A DNA stretch of 26,034 bases from Candidatus Hadarchaeum sp. (lineage in GTDB: Archaea; Hadarchaeota; Hadarchaeia; Hadarchaeales; Hadarchaeaceae). Of the stretch, positions 9,312 through 17,898 are shown one piece after another. Below the pieces are notes generated by a model. It made no database searches and was not told the origin of the DNA. It was given only the letters and a program-made list of their open reading frames with translations. The stretch spans positions 1-26,034 of the forward strand of contig NZ_JAVZIN010000014.1 in the NCBI RefSeq assembly GCF_038871235.1. Reading direction: 5' to 3'. The stretch's first letter is position 1. The number at the start of each line of letters is the position of its first letter. The translations under genes and the position numbers were made by a program.

Positions 9312-9418
9312 CATCATCCAAGCATTCTGGTTCTGCCCCCCATAGCCTCGCTCAAATTCAAGCTGGATTAAGTAGGCAAAAGCTAATTGATGAGGAAAAC
9401 AGAGAGTTGATGAAGGGC

Positions 9419-9853
9419 ATGCGAAAAATCTTCACCATTGGATATGGAAACAGAAAGTTCAAGGAGTTCGTGACGATCCTCCAGCGCTTCGGCGTCAAAC
9501 GTGTGATTGATGTAAGGCGCTTTCCAACTTCGAAGTGGTCCGAGTTCGTGAAGGAAAACCTGCAATCCAGTCTGCCTGCGTGGGGGATCGATTATATCCA
9601 CCTGCGGGAACTCGGAGGATACAGAGATGATTATAAACGATACACGAAGACGAAGGAGTTCAGACGCGGATTAGAAAAACTCGTGAAACTCGCGAAAGAG
9701 AAACCATCCGCGATCATGTGTGTCGAGCCACATCCTAGAGCTTGCCATCGCCGCTTTGTGGTTGAAAAACTCGAAAGAATCGGTTGGGAGATAGTTCACA
9801 TCGGCGGTAATGGTGAACTTTTGAGTTTTTCTAAAGCCAGACAAAAAAGGTGA
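9419..9853 (+). CDS. DUF488 family protein
   Basis: IFTIGY, IDVRRFPTS, YIHLRELGG, MCVE...CHR. Confidence 0.88.
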   Translation: MRKIFTIGYGNRKFKEFVTILQRFGVKRVIDVRRFPTSKWSEFVKENLQSSLPAWGIDYIHLRELGGYRDDYKRYTKTKEFRRGLEKLVKLAKEKPSAIMCVEPHPRACHRRFVVEKLERIGWEIVHIGGNGELLSFSKARQKR

Positions 9854-10722
9854 ATCGCACGGACGTCATCCAAGAATTCGACCCTTGGAACGATCCCCTC
9901 TGCACTTGCCCGAAAAAATATGGGCTAAACCCATATACCGGGTGCGAACATGGTTGCCTCTACTGCTACATCACCTCCTACATCCCGCGGGCATTCGAGT
10001 GCAGGCCGAAGCGCAATTTGATCGCTAGAGCTGAACATGACCTCAAGCTGATCGACCGCAGTCGCGTGATAAGCATAGCAAACAGCTCTGACCCTTACCC
10101 ACCCATGGAAGAGAAACTTAAGTTAACGCGCTCCTGTTTGGAACTTCTTGCCCGCGAGAACTGCAAAGTTCAGGTGATAACAAAATCAGACCTCGTCGCG
10201 CGCGATCTTGACCTCCTCTCAAACATGCTGTGCGTGGTGAGCTTTACCGTGACGACGCTAAATTCTGAACTCAGCCGCAGGCTTGAGCCAAACGCGCCCC
10301 TGCCCGCGCAGAGACTGAAGGCAATGAAGCGTCTGGCGGATGCGGGAATTCCAGTTACCCTAAGGCTAGACCCAGTCATCCCCCACCTGAATGACGACGA
10401 AGTTGTGGAGGTTGTTAGAGCTGCATCTAGCCACGGCGCTAGCCACGTTACCTCCTCCACTTTCAAACCACGTCGGGACAGCTGGCGGCGCATACAAAAA
10501 GCCTTCCCTGAGGTCGCTACTAAGCTGTGGCCGCTATACTTCAAACTGGGGCAACGACATCATAACAGCTGGTATCTTCCCAGCAAAGTCAGGCAGAGGC
10601 TGATGGACGAGGTCAGGCGCGCATGTGAGGAGGAGGACCTTACGTTTGCACCATGCCGAGAAGGGTTAGCTAGAATAGGGACTGGCATAAACTGCGATGG
10701 GAGCCACCTTTTCAGCGGTTAA
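9850..10722 (+). CDS. Radical SAM protein, spore photoproduct lyase-like (COG1533-type)
   Basis: NPYTGCEHGCLYCY (CxxxCxxC), SSDPYP, ITKS, LEPNAP...RL, RLDPVIP; GTGA overlap with the DUF488 stop. Confidence 0.88.
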   Translation: MNRTDVIQEFDPWNDPLCTCPKKYGLNPYTGCEHGCLYCYITSYIPRAFECRPKRNLIARAEHDLKLIDRSRVISIANSSDPYPPMEEKLKLTRSCLELLARENCKVQVITKSDLVARDLDLLSNMLCVVSFTVTTLNSELSRRLEPNAPLPAQRLKAMKRLADAGIPVTLRLDPVIPHLNDDEVVEVVRAASSHGASHVTSSTFKPRRDSWRRIQKAFPEVATKLWPLYFKLGQRHHNSWYLPSKVRQRLMDEVRRACEEEDLTFAPCREGLARIGTGINCDGSHLFSG

Positions 10723-11105
10723 AAATAGGCAACTTAGATTGGTGCAACAAAAATATCGCGCTACCCTTTTTCATTCGGCTCGAGAACCTCTGTGTCAAGG
10801 TCTCCGCAGGAATGCCCATTTTACGATAAAAACAGAGGGGGTTCGTTAACGGGTTTATAATGCAAGGACGACGGGATTTATATTTCAAAATTTCGCTGGG
10901 ATAATCTGAGGAAAAGATTTAAACTTTTGGAGAAAGGTGTACGTCATATTCGTTCTCAACGTCGGCTCATACGGTACAGGTGTCAATCATTCTTGGAAGC
11001 TGACAGCGATGCGACTCAGCGACTACAAAAATGAAATCGCTGGGCTGTGTTTTCGGCATTCTCGTCGCGAAGATCTTCCCGAGTCAAAAAAATCCAAATC
11101 ACTAG

Positions 11106-11178
11106 TGGGCCCGGAGGGATTCGAACCCTCGATCTCTACCTTGTAAGGGTAGCGTCTTAACCACTGGACTACGGGCCC
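11106..11178 (-). tRNA. tRNA-Val(TAC), no intron, CCA not encoded (CTA)
   Basis: GGGCCCG/CGGGCCC acceptor; CTACC-CTTACAA-GGTAG anticodon arm; GAGGG TTCGAAT CCCTC T arm; T-tract downstream. Confidence 0.97.
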
Positions 11179-11221
11179 CAACTAAATTTTGCTTGGCAAT
11201 AAAAAGAATAGCCTGAGGCGC

Positions 11222-12385
11222 TCATTTGAAGCCGATGACTATGGCCAAGATTACCTCAATGGCGATGAGGAGAATAATAAGCAGCTCCAGCGTCATGGCC
11301 CGGTGAACATCGACCCGCTCCATCGCCATCGCGTAGAGTTCCTGCAGCTGGCCCAGCTTTCTATCCACAAGCGCTAACCAGTCTTGGATGCGAAAACGCT
11401 CGCTTGATATCCGGTAGAGTTTTCCTAGATACCAGTCCCCGGTAAATTTAAGGATGTTCCTCATGTCCTCCACCAGATCCGTCACCTCGACCCGCCACTC
11501 AGCCAGTTCACCTGCAGCGAGAGCGAGTTTACCATACCAGCGCCGCCCCCACAGCATTCCAACTCTGGCTCCAGTGAAAACGGCATACAACGAATCATAG
11601 GCGCGCTCCAGCCGCATGTCGAGAAGCCTGTCGTACGTCTTGAGTTCAAGCAGCTGAATCTTGGCCAGCTCGATCATGTGCTCGAAATCGTCCATGTAGT
11701 TAACCGCACCGCTCATCAACGCTGAATACCAGTCGACGATCACGATGTCATCCTCTGAGTAGCTGAGGTAGGTCTTAAGCGCGTCCTCAACCTCCTTGCT
11801 GCTGAGCTTTCTCCATTCCTTCTCCCCCCGGAGTATGCCGGCCGTCTGCTTCCGAAATCTCACCAGAAAATCTTGAGCCTTCAGTTTTGGTGTAGAATTC
11901 GTTATCATGATCAGGGTGTAAGATTCGGGTCGTTTGAAGGCCGGATAGGGGGAAACCAAGGCCGGCTTGATTATCTCCATGAGGCCCTCAAAATATTCAT
12001 GGGTCAACGACTCGAACTCAATCTCGCTGCCCGAAACCTTCACGGGACGTTCGTCGAGCCTGACCAACTTTATCAGGTCATTCAAATTCGAGTTTTTAAA
12101 CTCGATGACAATATATATTTCAATTACACCAATGGGAAAAATTCTACCTTGAACTTTTGCTCCGTGACCGTCGATGTGTTTAACCCCGAGATCCACCTCA
12201 AGTGGCTGCAGTCCCACCTCCTCATACTTGGGCGCGAGGACTCGCAAACGCTTGGGAGCAACCCGGTGAACTACTTTAATCTTCTCAAGCGGCACCTTTT
12301 CCAGCACCACTTCCCCGCCGCAATCATAGAAGTACTGAAAGACGACGCGCCCTGACAGTGACTGCTCGTTTTGAAAGGCAGGCAT
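11222..12385 (-). CDS. Conserved hypothetical protein, RMD1/DUF155-like helical region with C-terminal TM
   Basis: LELKTYDRLLD, GDWYLGKLY...FRIQDW...VDRKL and terminal LELLIILLIAIEVIL; ATG 12385 preferred over the AT-rich upstream extension. Confidence 0.6.
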   Translation of the reverse strand: MPAFQNEQSLSGRVVFQYFYDCGGEVVLEKVPLEKIKVVHRVAPKRLRVLAPKYEEVGLQPLEVDLGVKHIDGHGAKVQGRIFPIGVIEIYIVIEFKNSNLNDLIKLVRLDERPVKVSGSEIEFESLTHEYFEGLMEIIKPALVSPYPAFKRPESYTLIMITNSTPKLKAQDFLVRFRKQTAGILRGEKEWRKLSSKEVEDALKTYLSYSEDDIVIVDWYSALMSGAVNYMDDFEHMIELAKIQLLELKTYDRLLDMRLERAYDSLYAVFTGARVGMLWGRRWYGKLALAAGELAEWRVEVTDLVEDMRNILKFTGDWYLGKLYRISSERFRIQDWLALVDRKLGQLQELYAMAMERVDVHRAMTLELLIILLIAIEVILAIVIGFK

Positions 12386-12689
12386 AATTATCAAAATAAA
12401 ATTTAACGTTGGAGGATAAAAGGACAAATAGGTGTGCAAACCAAATTTTTCCGTACAAAGATTTCTCAACGAAAAACCAGAAAAGCTAAGCCTTGGTGTC
12501 AGGAGCTTGCATAAATTTGCTCCTTCAGAAAAATCTACCTGAAAAATAACAAATATCTCTTAAAAATTTTGTTTGAGAATAATAATGAAAATCTGACCTA
12601 GTCCCTTTTAAGAGCAATCGGGGTGTTTCTTTGGCGAATTGCTGCTGGATCCACCATTGTATTCGATGGCCAACAAAAAGCTCAGGAAG

Positions 12690-14471
12690 CTAAATTACCT
12701 TGATGATGTCGCTGCCTTCGAATGGGATCCCAGCTACCTCCCCAACTACCTTTACCTCATTCACGCCGGCCTCAAGAAGCGCTTGAACAGCTTGCCTACT
12801 GAACTTCACCATTAGGTCAGGTATACCGTCTTTATCATGGTCACATATGTCGAACGGCTGGGGCTCGGTTGATACTTCGTTCCCGCCGATGATGAGTCTT
12901 ACCGTGCCAATGTCGATGTTTCCAACGCTGTAGCTCTCGGGCAACTCGATATAGCAGGTGATCCACTTACCCTTGCTTCTAAGATTGAGGGTGTCGGGAT
13001 CGATGTCGATAACAGCTGAGAGCGTGACCACAAACGTCTGGATGTCTGATTTTTCGCTCCATTCATTGCCATCGTGGGCAACCGCGTAGAAAGAATAATT
13101 CATACCTCTCGTCAATCCTGACCAAGTTACTTCGGCAGTGCTCTGGTTCTTGACCCATACATTATCTATTAAGCTGTCGTCTGCATTGTTGTAGAAGAAC
13201 ACATTAATGTCATCTCCATCGTCATCAGCCACATAGGCTGACAGAGTCGCTTCAGTTTCCGTTATTCGACCACTAGGCTGGAGGTCCGCGGGCTTGTTCG
13301 GCGGCGTGTTTATGACGGAGGCGTACAGCTTGTTCCCGTCCATCCAAGTGTTTACATGCAGCGGGTTATCATTAGACACCGACCAGCTTGTATCACCGTT
13401 GGGGGCAACCAAGGTGGATGTCGCGATGTACTTATTACCTTCATCGGAATTGACAGAGCCGCTACCGGTTTCCGTGGCTGACCAAGGCTGAATTATCTCT
13501 TCTGAATAGCTGGTTCTTGCATATACATGGCCGTTGGCAATCCAAGTATCCACATAGGGATTATCGTCGACTATGGTATAGGTGACATCTGTGATAACCC
13601 CGCCATGTAAAGGTGAAGGATAAGCATCAAAAGCGCCCATATCCTTGATTCCCTCAAGAGCATTTACAGAGCCGGAACCGGAATCAGTAGCGGTCACGGT
13701 TGAAGTTTGCTGTAACCTAATACCATAGATGCGATAGGTAGCATAGTAAAGGCCATTTAGCTTAGACCAGGTGCCAGATCCCCCAGTATAAGCCCTGATA
13801 ACCAATTTGTGACTGTCCTTTCTGTAATCAATATATGACCCGCCATCACTGCCACCATACAAACTGTAATCGACCGTGTAACTCCAGCTTGTTATTATGG
13901 AATAAGGTGGGGCTGTAAAATAGAATTGTCTGTACTCCTTATATCCATAGACGGATATACTCCATTCTCCAAGTAAAACTGTTGTGATTTGCTGCTGATC
14001 AATGCCGTAGATTCTGTAGGTAGCTCGGTATGCACCACCATAAGGGGTCGACCCTGAGTAACCACCCCCAGTATAAACCTTGATTACAAGCCGGTTATTT
14101 TCCGTATCAAGATACGTCCCATTATCTTTACCACCGTTCTCACTGTAATTGACCGTGTAATCCCAAAGTCTTATGGTAATCCCCGCTGGCGGATAAAGGT
14201 AGAAAGTTTTATTCTCCATAACCCCGGAAACGTCTACTTCTTGGTTGTCGAGTAAACCGCATTCCATCATCCATGACTCAGTACCAGTTCCAGTTACCGT
14301 CCAGCTAAAGTTCTGATCAGGATAGGTACAGACATTCTCGGTTCCGGTTGCTGTGATGGTATAATTAAACAAATGATCAGTTGGAGACCCTGCCGCAAGT
14401 CTTCCGTATGGCGAAATGATCAACGACAACAAAAACACGCATACCAATGCCAATGATATCTTTTTTTTCAA
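12690..14471 (-). CDS. Secreted multidomain beta-rich surface protein with internal duplications, FN3-like domain and C-terminal PxTLNL...DLMVKF domain
   Basis: Signal peptide MKKKISLALVCVFLLSLII; two approx. 93-aa and two approx. 60-aa repeats; WSGLTRGMNYSFYAVAHDG (FN3-like); IDIDPDTLNLRSKGKWITCYIELP...DGIPDLMVKF. Confidence 0.75.
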   Translation of the reverse strand: MKKKISLALVCVFLLSLIISPYGRLAAGSPTDHLFNYTITATGTENVCTYPDQNFSWTVTGTGTESWMMECGLLDNQEVDVSGVMENKTFYLYPPAGITIRLWDYTVNYSENGGKDNGTYLDTENNRLVIKVYTGGGYSGSTPYGGAYRATYRIYGIDQQQITTVLLGEWSISVYGYKEYRQFYFTAPPYSIITSWSYTVDYSLYGGSDGGSYIDYRKDSHKLVIRAYTGGSGTWSKLNGLYYATYRIYGIRLQQTSTVTATDSGSGSVNALEGIKDMGAFDAYPSPLHGGVITDVTYTIVDDNPYVDTWIANGHVYARTSYSEEIIQPWSATETGSGSVNSDEGNKYIATSTLVAPNGDTSWSVSNDNPLHVNTWMDGNKLYASVINTPPNKPADLQPSGRITETEATLSAYVADDDGDDINVFFYNNADDSLIDNVWVKNQSTAEVTWSGLTRGMNYSFYAVAHDGNEWSEKSDIQTFVVTLSAVIDIDPDTLNLRSKGKWITCYIELPESYSVGNIDIGTVRLIIGGNEVSTEPQPFDICDHDKDGIPDLMVKFSRQAVQALLEAGVNEVKVVGEVAGIPFEGSDIIKVI

Positions 14472-14689
14472 GATTACATCCGATGGCGTTTCTAGTTTTA
14501 GATATTTAAATTTTTTTGTGTTGATTTTACCGAAATCGTTTTCGCTTTATGGATGTTGAAAATGTTTAGTGAAAAAGAAAATGTGTGATATTATTGACTT
14601 ATACCCATCAATTAACGAAAAATAACATAAAAAGAAAATTCGGCTTTTTCCGAAAACTCATCTAAAATGCTTAGATTACTTTATCACTT

Positions 14690-14788
14690 TGGCGCGGGGG
14701 AGGGGATTTGAACCCCTGAGGCGCGATGCGCCAACAGGTATCTGCAGGTTTAGCAACCTGCCGCCATACCTGGCTTGGCTACCCCCGC
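14690..14788 (-). tRNA. tRNA-Ser(GCT) with 11-nt intron at 37/38 (14740-14750), CCA encoded
   Basis: GCGGGGG/CCCCCGC acceptor, G73, long variable arm GGCGC-ATC-GCGCC, anticodon stem GCAGG/CCTGT, T loop TTCAAAT. Confidence 0.92.
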
Positions 14789-14835
14789 ACAGAAACTACT
14801 CTAACCTGATTTGTTAAAAAGCTGCTGAGTTAAAA

Positions 14836-15147
14836 GGCGACGGGCGCGCCCATAGTTGACGCCTTCCCTACACGCCGATGGCTAGCCCCAAGCTCCATCC
14901 CGTTTACCACCAGCGCCGCACGTCCTCCCTACCCTTGCTGACTTCCGCCCCTGGGGGATTCAGGAGGCAAGGGCAGTTAATTCAGGCCCTACGGCCTGAA
15001 CCCTGCCGCCGCCGACCCGATGGGACAGGATTTCGTCACCGGAAGCTAGGTCGACGCGCAGTTCCGAGCGCCGCCCACGGGCTTCGGCCCACCGTGAACC
15101 CCATTTGTGGTACAGGCAAGGGGTAGCTGCCCACCTAGCCCGCCGCC
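14836..15147 (-). ncRNA. ffs: Archaeal SRP (7S) RNA
   Basis: Terminal helix GGCGGCGGGC/GCCCGTCGCC followed by TTTT; helix 8 motif CCAGG-GGC-GGAA-GTC-AGCA; Alu-domain TGTA; 312 nt; followed by tRNA-Ser as known in methanobacteria. Confidence 0.94.
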
Positions 15148-15151
15148 AAGT

Positions 15152-16111
15152 TTAACTATTTTGGTCAGAAATAAGGTTCTTTCGCCTCTTCGCCAAACCG
15201 ATGCCCTGAAGCAGCTCACAGGTTTTACACAGCCTAGTGGAAGTCGGCTCTCCGCAGCTTTCGCAGCTTTTCATCTCCACCTCAGGGACGGCCTCCTGCA
15301 GGTGGGGTCTGATCTCCTCAAACATCCGGAGAATCATGAACTTTGAATTGGGGTGGTTGGTCTCAAGGCTGTTTAAGAAATCCCTGATCTCAGTGTGAAT
15401 CCCGCTCGCGTAGGGACAAACATCAAGATGAACTTTTATACCTCTGAGCAGCGTGTAAAGCGCGACCTCTTTCTCCGGGATCTCCCGCAGCGGCTTGATC
15501 CTTGGCACAAAACCCTCGCGTGGCATGTAGATGGGGCCCAGCCGGTACAGCCTAGAAAGATCCGCCCTAACGTAGTTCAACATTATCGCCTGCGTCTCAT
15601 CGTCCAGATTGTGGCCCGTCGCCAGCTTGTCCGCGCTTAACTCCCGCGCCGCTTGGTTCAAGAGGTGACGGCGCATGACACCGCAGTAGGTGCAGGGATT
15701 TAGTCCCGTGACCCTCTTGGCTGCGATTTTAACCATTTCATCCAGCTTAGCACCAAAAACCTCTTTAAAACTTACCACATGATGTTCGACCCCAAGCATT
15801 TCCGCGTTTTCTCTGGCCACAGGTAGGCTCTGCTCACGATAGCCCTTTATGCCCTCATCAACCGTTATGGCCACCAGCTCACAGCGCCTTCCCCTGCAGT
15901 AGTCGTGGAGCAGGTGCAGGCAGGCAACGCTGTCCTTCCCACCCGAAACCGCCACGGCAACCCGTTCACCCGGCATGACTAGCTTGTTCTCGCTGATTGC
16001 CCGGCGGAACCTTCGCTCAACGCTTTTTATCATGCATCGATCGCACAGAAAAACCCCGGCGTAGCGCCTGTGGTAAACAGCTCTCCGGCCGCAGAAGCTG
16101 CATCGTAGCAC
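15152..16111 (-). CDS. tRNA 2-thiolation protein, TtuA/Ncs6/NcsA family (TIGR00269-like)
   Basis: N- and C-terminal CxxC zinc fingers, PP-loop SGGKDS, PCTYCGVMRR, GHNLDD, RIKPL, CPY. Confidence 0.92.
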   Translation of the reverse strand: MLRCSFCGRRAVYHRRYAGVFLCDRCMIKSVERRFRRAISENKLVMPGERVAVAVSGGKDSVACLHLLHDYCRGRRCELVAITVDEGIKGYREQSLPVARENAEMLGVEHHVVSFKEVFGAKLDEMVKIAAKRVTGLNPCTYCGVMRRHLLNQAARELSADKLATGHNLDDETQAIMLNYVRADLSRLYRLGPIYMPREGFVPRIKPLREIPEKEVALYTLLRGIKVHLDVCPYASGIHTEIRDFLNSLETNHPNSKFMILRMFEEIRPHLQEAVPEVEMKSCESCGEPTSTRLCKTCELLQGIGLAKRRKNLISDQNS

Positions 16112-16324
16112 TCAACCACCCGTCACTACCGGAAGGATCTCAAGGAGGTCTCCTCTTTTCAGGCACTCCTCTTCGGCGACGATCCTGCCGTTTAGCCTCA
16201 CCACCACTGTTTCACGATTTTGACCGATCCTTTTCAGCAGCTCGGCGATGGTGGTGCCGGAAGCCACCTTTAATCTGCGCGACGACCTCTGACCGGCAAT
16301 CTTAACCTTGATCTCAATTGCCAT
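16112..16324 (-). CDS. Ubiquitin-like sulfur carrier (SAMP/ThiS/TtuB type)
   Basis: 70 aa beta-grasp pattern ending ILPVVTGG; its stop directly abuts the TtuA-family start. Confidence 0.92.
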   Translation of the reverse strand: MAIEIKVKIAGQRSSRRLKVASGTTIAELLKRIGQNRETVVVRLNGRIVAEEECLKRGDLLEILPVVTGG

Positions 16325-16328
16325 CTTA

Positions 16329-17513
16329 TCACCAGAGATAAGGCAGGAAGTTGGCTAGAATGATGAACAAAACGACGATCGATAGCGCCCTAGTGATCTG
16401 CACAGCCCTCTCTTCCGAAACCACCTTTTCCAGGATTCCCCTCAGGATGTAGCCACCGTCAAGAGGAACCGCGGGCATCAGGTTGAAGAGCCCTATACCT
16501 ATGTTGAGGACAAATATCCATTTCAGGATGTCGATAACGACCCAGGGCACTAGAGCCTCGAAGACGAAGGGATGAAAGACGTTACCGCCCATCAGCTCAG
16601 ACATGGCCGTCCAGAGAACAAACAGTGGATTGACAAAATTCCAGCGCGAAAATGCCGAGATGAGGGCCACACCCAGGTATCCCCTGCCTTCAACGCCCGG
16701 ATGCTGCGCCAGCGTTACCACCATCTCTCCGGCGCTGGTTACCAGCCTCACATTTTCTCCCGGCTTGGTCAGGCTCATGAACCTTTCAAAGTCCTCAGGG
16801 GTATTTATCTCAACACCGCCGATAGAATAAATTCTCATTCCGGGAGCTATGCCGGAGTTGTCGGCGGGATAATTCTTGGCAACAGCGTAAACGTAAGCGC
16901 CCGGTTTTGGGACGATGAGGAGGACGATTATCAGGAGACAGAGAAGTGCAAACAGTACATTTGAAAATGCCCCCGCCGCATACATCCTCAGCCGTTTCAA
17001 GATCGGGGCTTTACTAAGCTGTTTCTCGTCAGGCTCAACAAAGGCTCCCGGTATCGCCACAACCAGCATTCCCCCAACTGACTTAATCCTCAGCCCTTGG
17101 GAGCTGAGCAAGAAACCGTGGGCAAACTCATGGACGAGAAGAACCGTGGCGATGGCGATTATCCAAGCCACCGGAGTAAGTCCGGGAACCAGACCGGGCA
17201 GCACCAGCTGAACCCCGGCAACGGCCGCGGTGGGTTGAGTTAACAGGACCATCAGGTTGAGCACGAGGTTGATGAAAACGAAGACCATCAGAGCGATCCC
17301 GGCCACCACGGCAAAGTCGCCGTAGAAACGCCAAAAATCTTTTGCCTTGCCAACCCGCCTGATGAAATTAAGACCGCGCTTGGTGCGCCACATCATCACG
17401 CCCGGCGAAATAGAAAACCCGTGCTTCTTGAGGTTGAACCACCTGTTTATCAGACCCAGAGCGTCCCAGAACAAGATGAACATGGCGACAATGAAAAGAA
17501 TATCCTCATACAC
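16329..17513 (-). CDS. Site-2 protease (M50) with PDZ domain
   Basis: HEFAHG, GAFVEPDE, AAGAFSN, PDZ-like insert, FNLMPAVPLDGG. Start is GTG 17513 after GGTG (alternative 17537). Confidence 0.93.
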   Translation of the reverse strand: MYEDILFIVAMFILFWDALGLINRWFNLKKHGFSISPGVMMWRTKRGLNFIRRVGKAKDFWRFYGDFAVVAGIALMVFVFINLVLNLMVLLTQPTAAVAGVQLVLPGLVPGLTPVAWIIAIATVLLVHEFAHGFLLSSQGLRIKSVGGMLVVAIPGAFVEPDEKQLSKAPILKRLRMYAAGAFSNVLFALLCLLIIVLLIVPKPGAYVYAVAKNYPADNSGIAPGMRIYSIGGVEINTPEDFERFMSLTKPGENVRLVTSAGEMVVTLAQHPGVEGRGYLGVALISAFSRWNFVNPLFVLWTAMSELMGGNVFHPFVFEALVPWVVIDILKWIFVLNIGIGLFNLMPAVPLDGGYILRGILEKVVSEERAVQITRALSIVVLFIILANFLPYLW

Positions 17514-17582
17514 AGGCAGCACCGTAGAAAATACCACCGGTAATCTTTAAACATATGCGTTAAACCTTTTCGCTTGAGGAAT

Positions 17583-17894
17583 ATGTTCTCCATCGTGTTG
17601 ACGACGGTAAAGGACCGGCGTGAAGCCAACAGGATTTCCCAAGCCTTGGTCTCAGAGAAGCTTGCCGCCTGCGTGAGCATTGTTCCCAACGTCACGTCTA
17701 TTTATAGGTGGCAGGGAAAAATCGAAGGATCACGTGAGATAATCTTGGTGATAAAAACATCGGCAAAAAAGATTGACCGGCTGATGTCTCGGATCAAGGA
17801 GCTACACAGCTATCAGGTGCCCGAGATCATCTCCCTGAATGTCCAACGGGGGTTGCCGCAATATTTAAAGTGGTTGAAGGAAAGTCTGGACTGA
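17583..17894 (+). CDS. cutA: Divalent-cation tolerance protein CutA
   Basis: LVSEKLAACVSI...SIYRWQGKIE...IKT...LHSYQVPEI...YLKWL. Confidence 0.95.
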   Translation: MFSIVLTTVKDRREANRISQALVSEKLAACVSIVPNVTSIYRWQGKIEGSREIILVIKTSAKKIDRLMSRIKELHSYQVPEIISLNVQRGLPQYLKWLKESLD

Positions 17895-17898
17895 TTAT

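Noticed and set aside
14461-14468. A8 tract after the start codon as a phase-variation site
   Set aside because: It simply encodes the KKK of a signal peptide; the frame is intact.
14690-14788. Reading the tRNA as Leu(TAA) because of the GCGGGGG acceptor stem
   Set aside because: Stem geometry places GCT at 34-36, and G73 fits Ser.
14836-15147. RNase P RNA, or the 82-aa ORF at 14878-15126
   Set aside because: The helix 8 motif and terminal helix identify SRP RNA; no RNase P GAGGAAAGUCC-type core seen.
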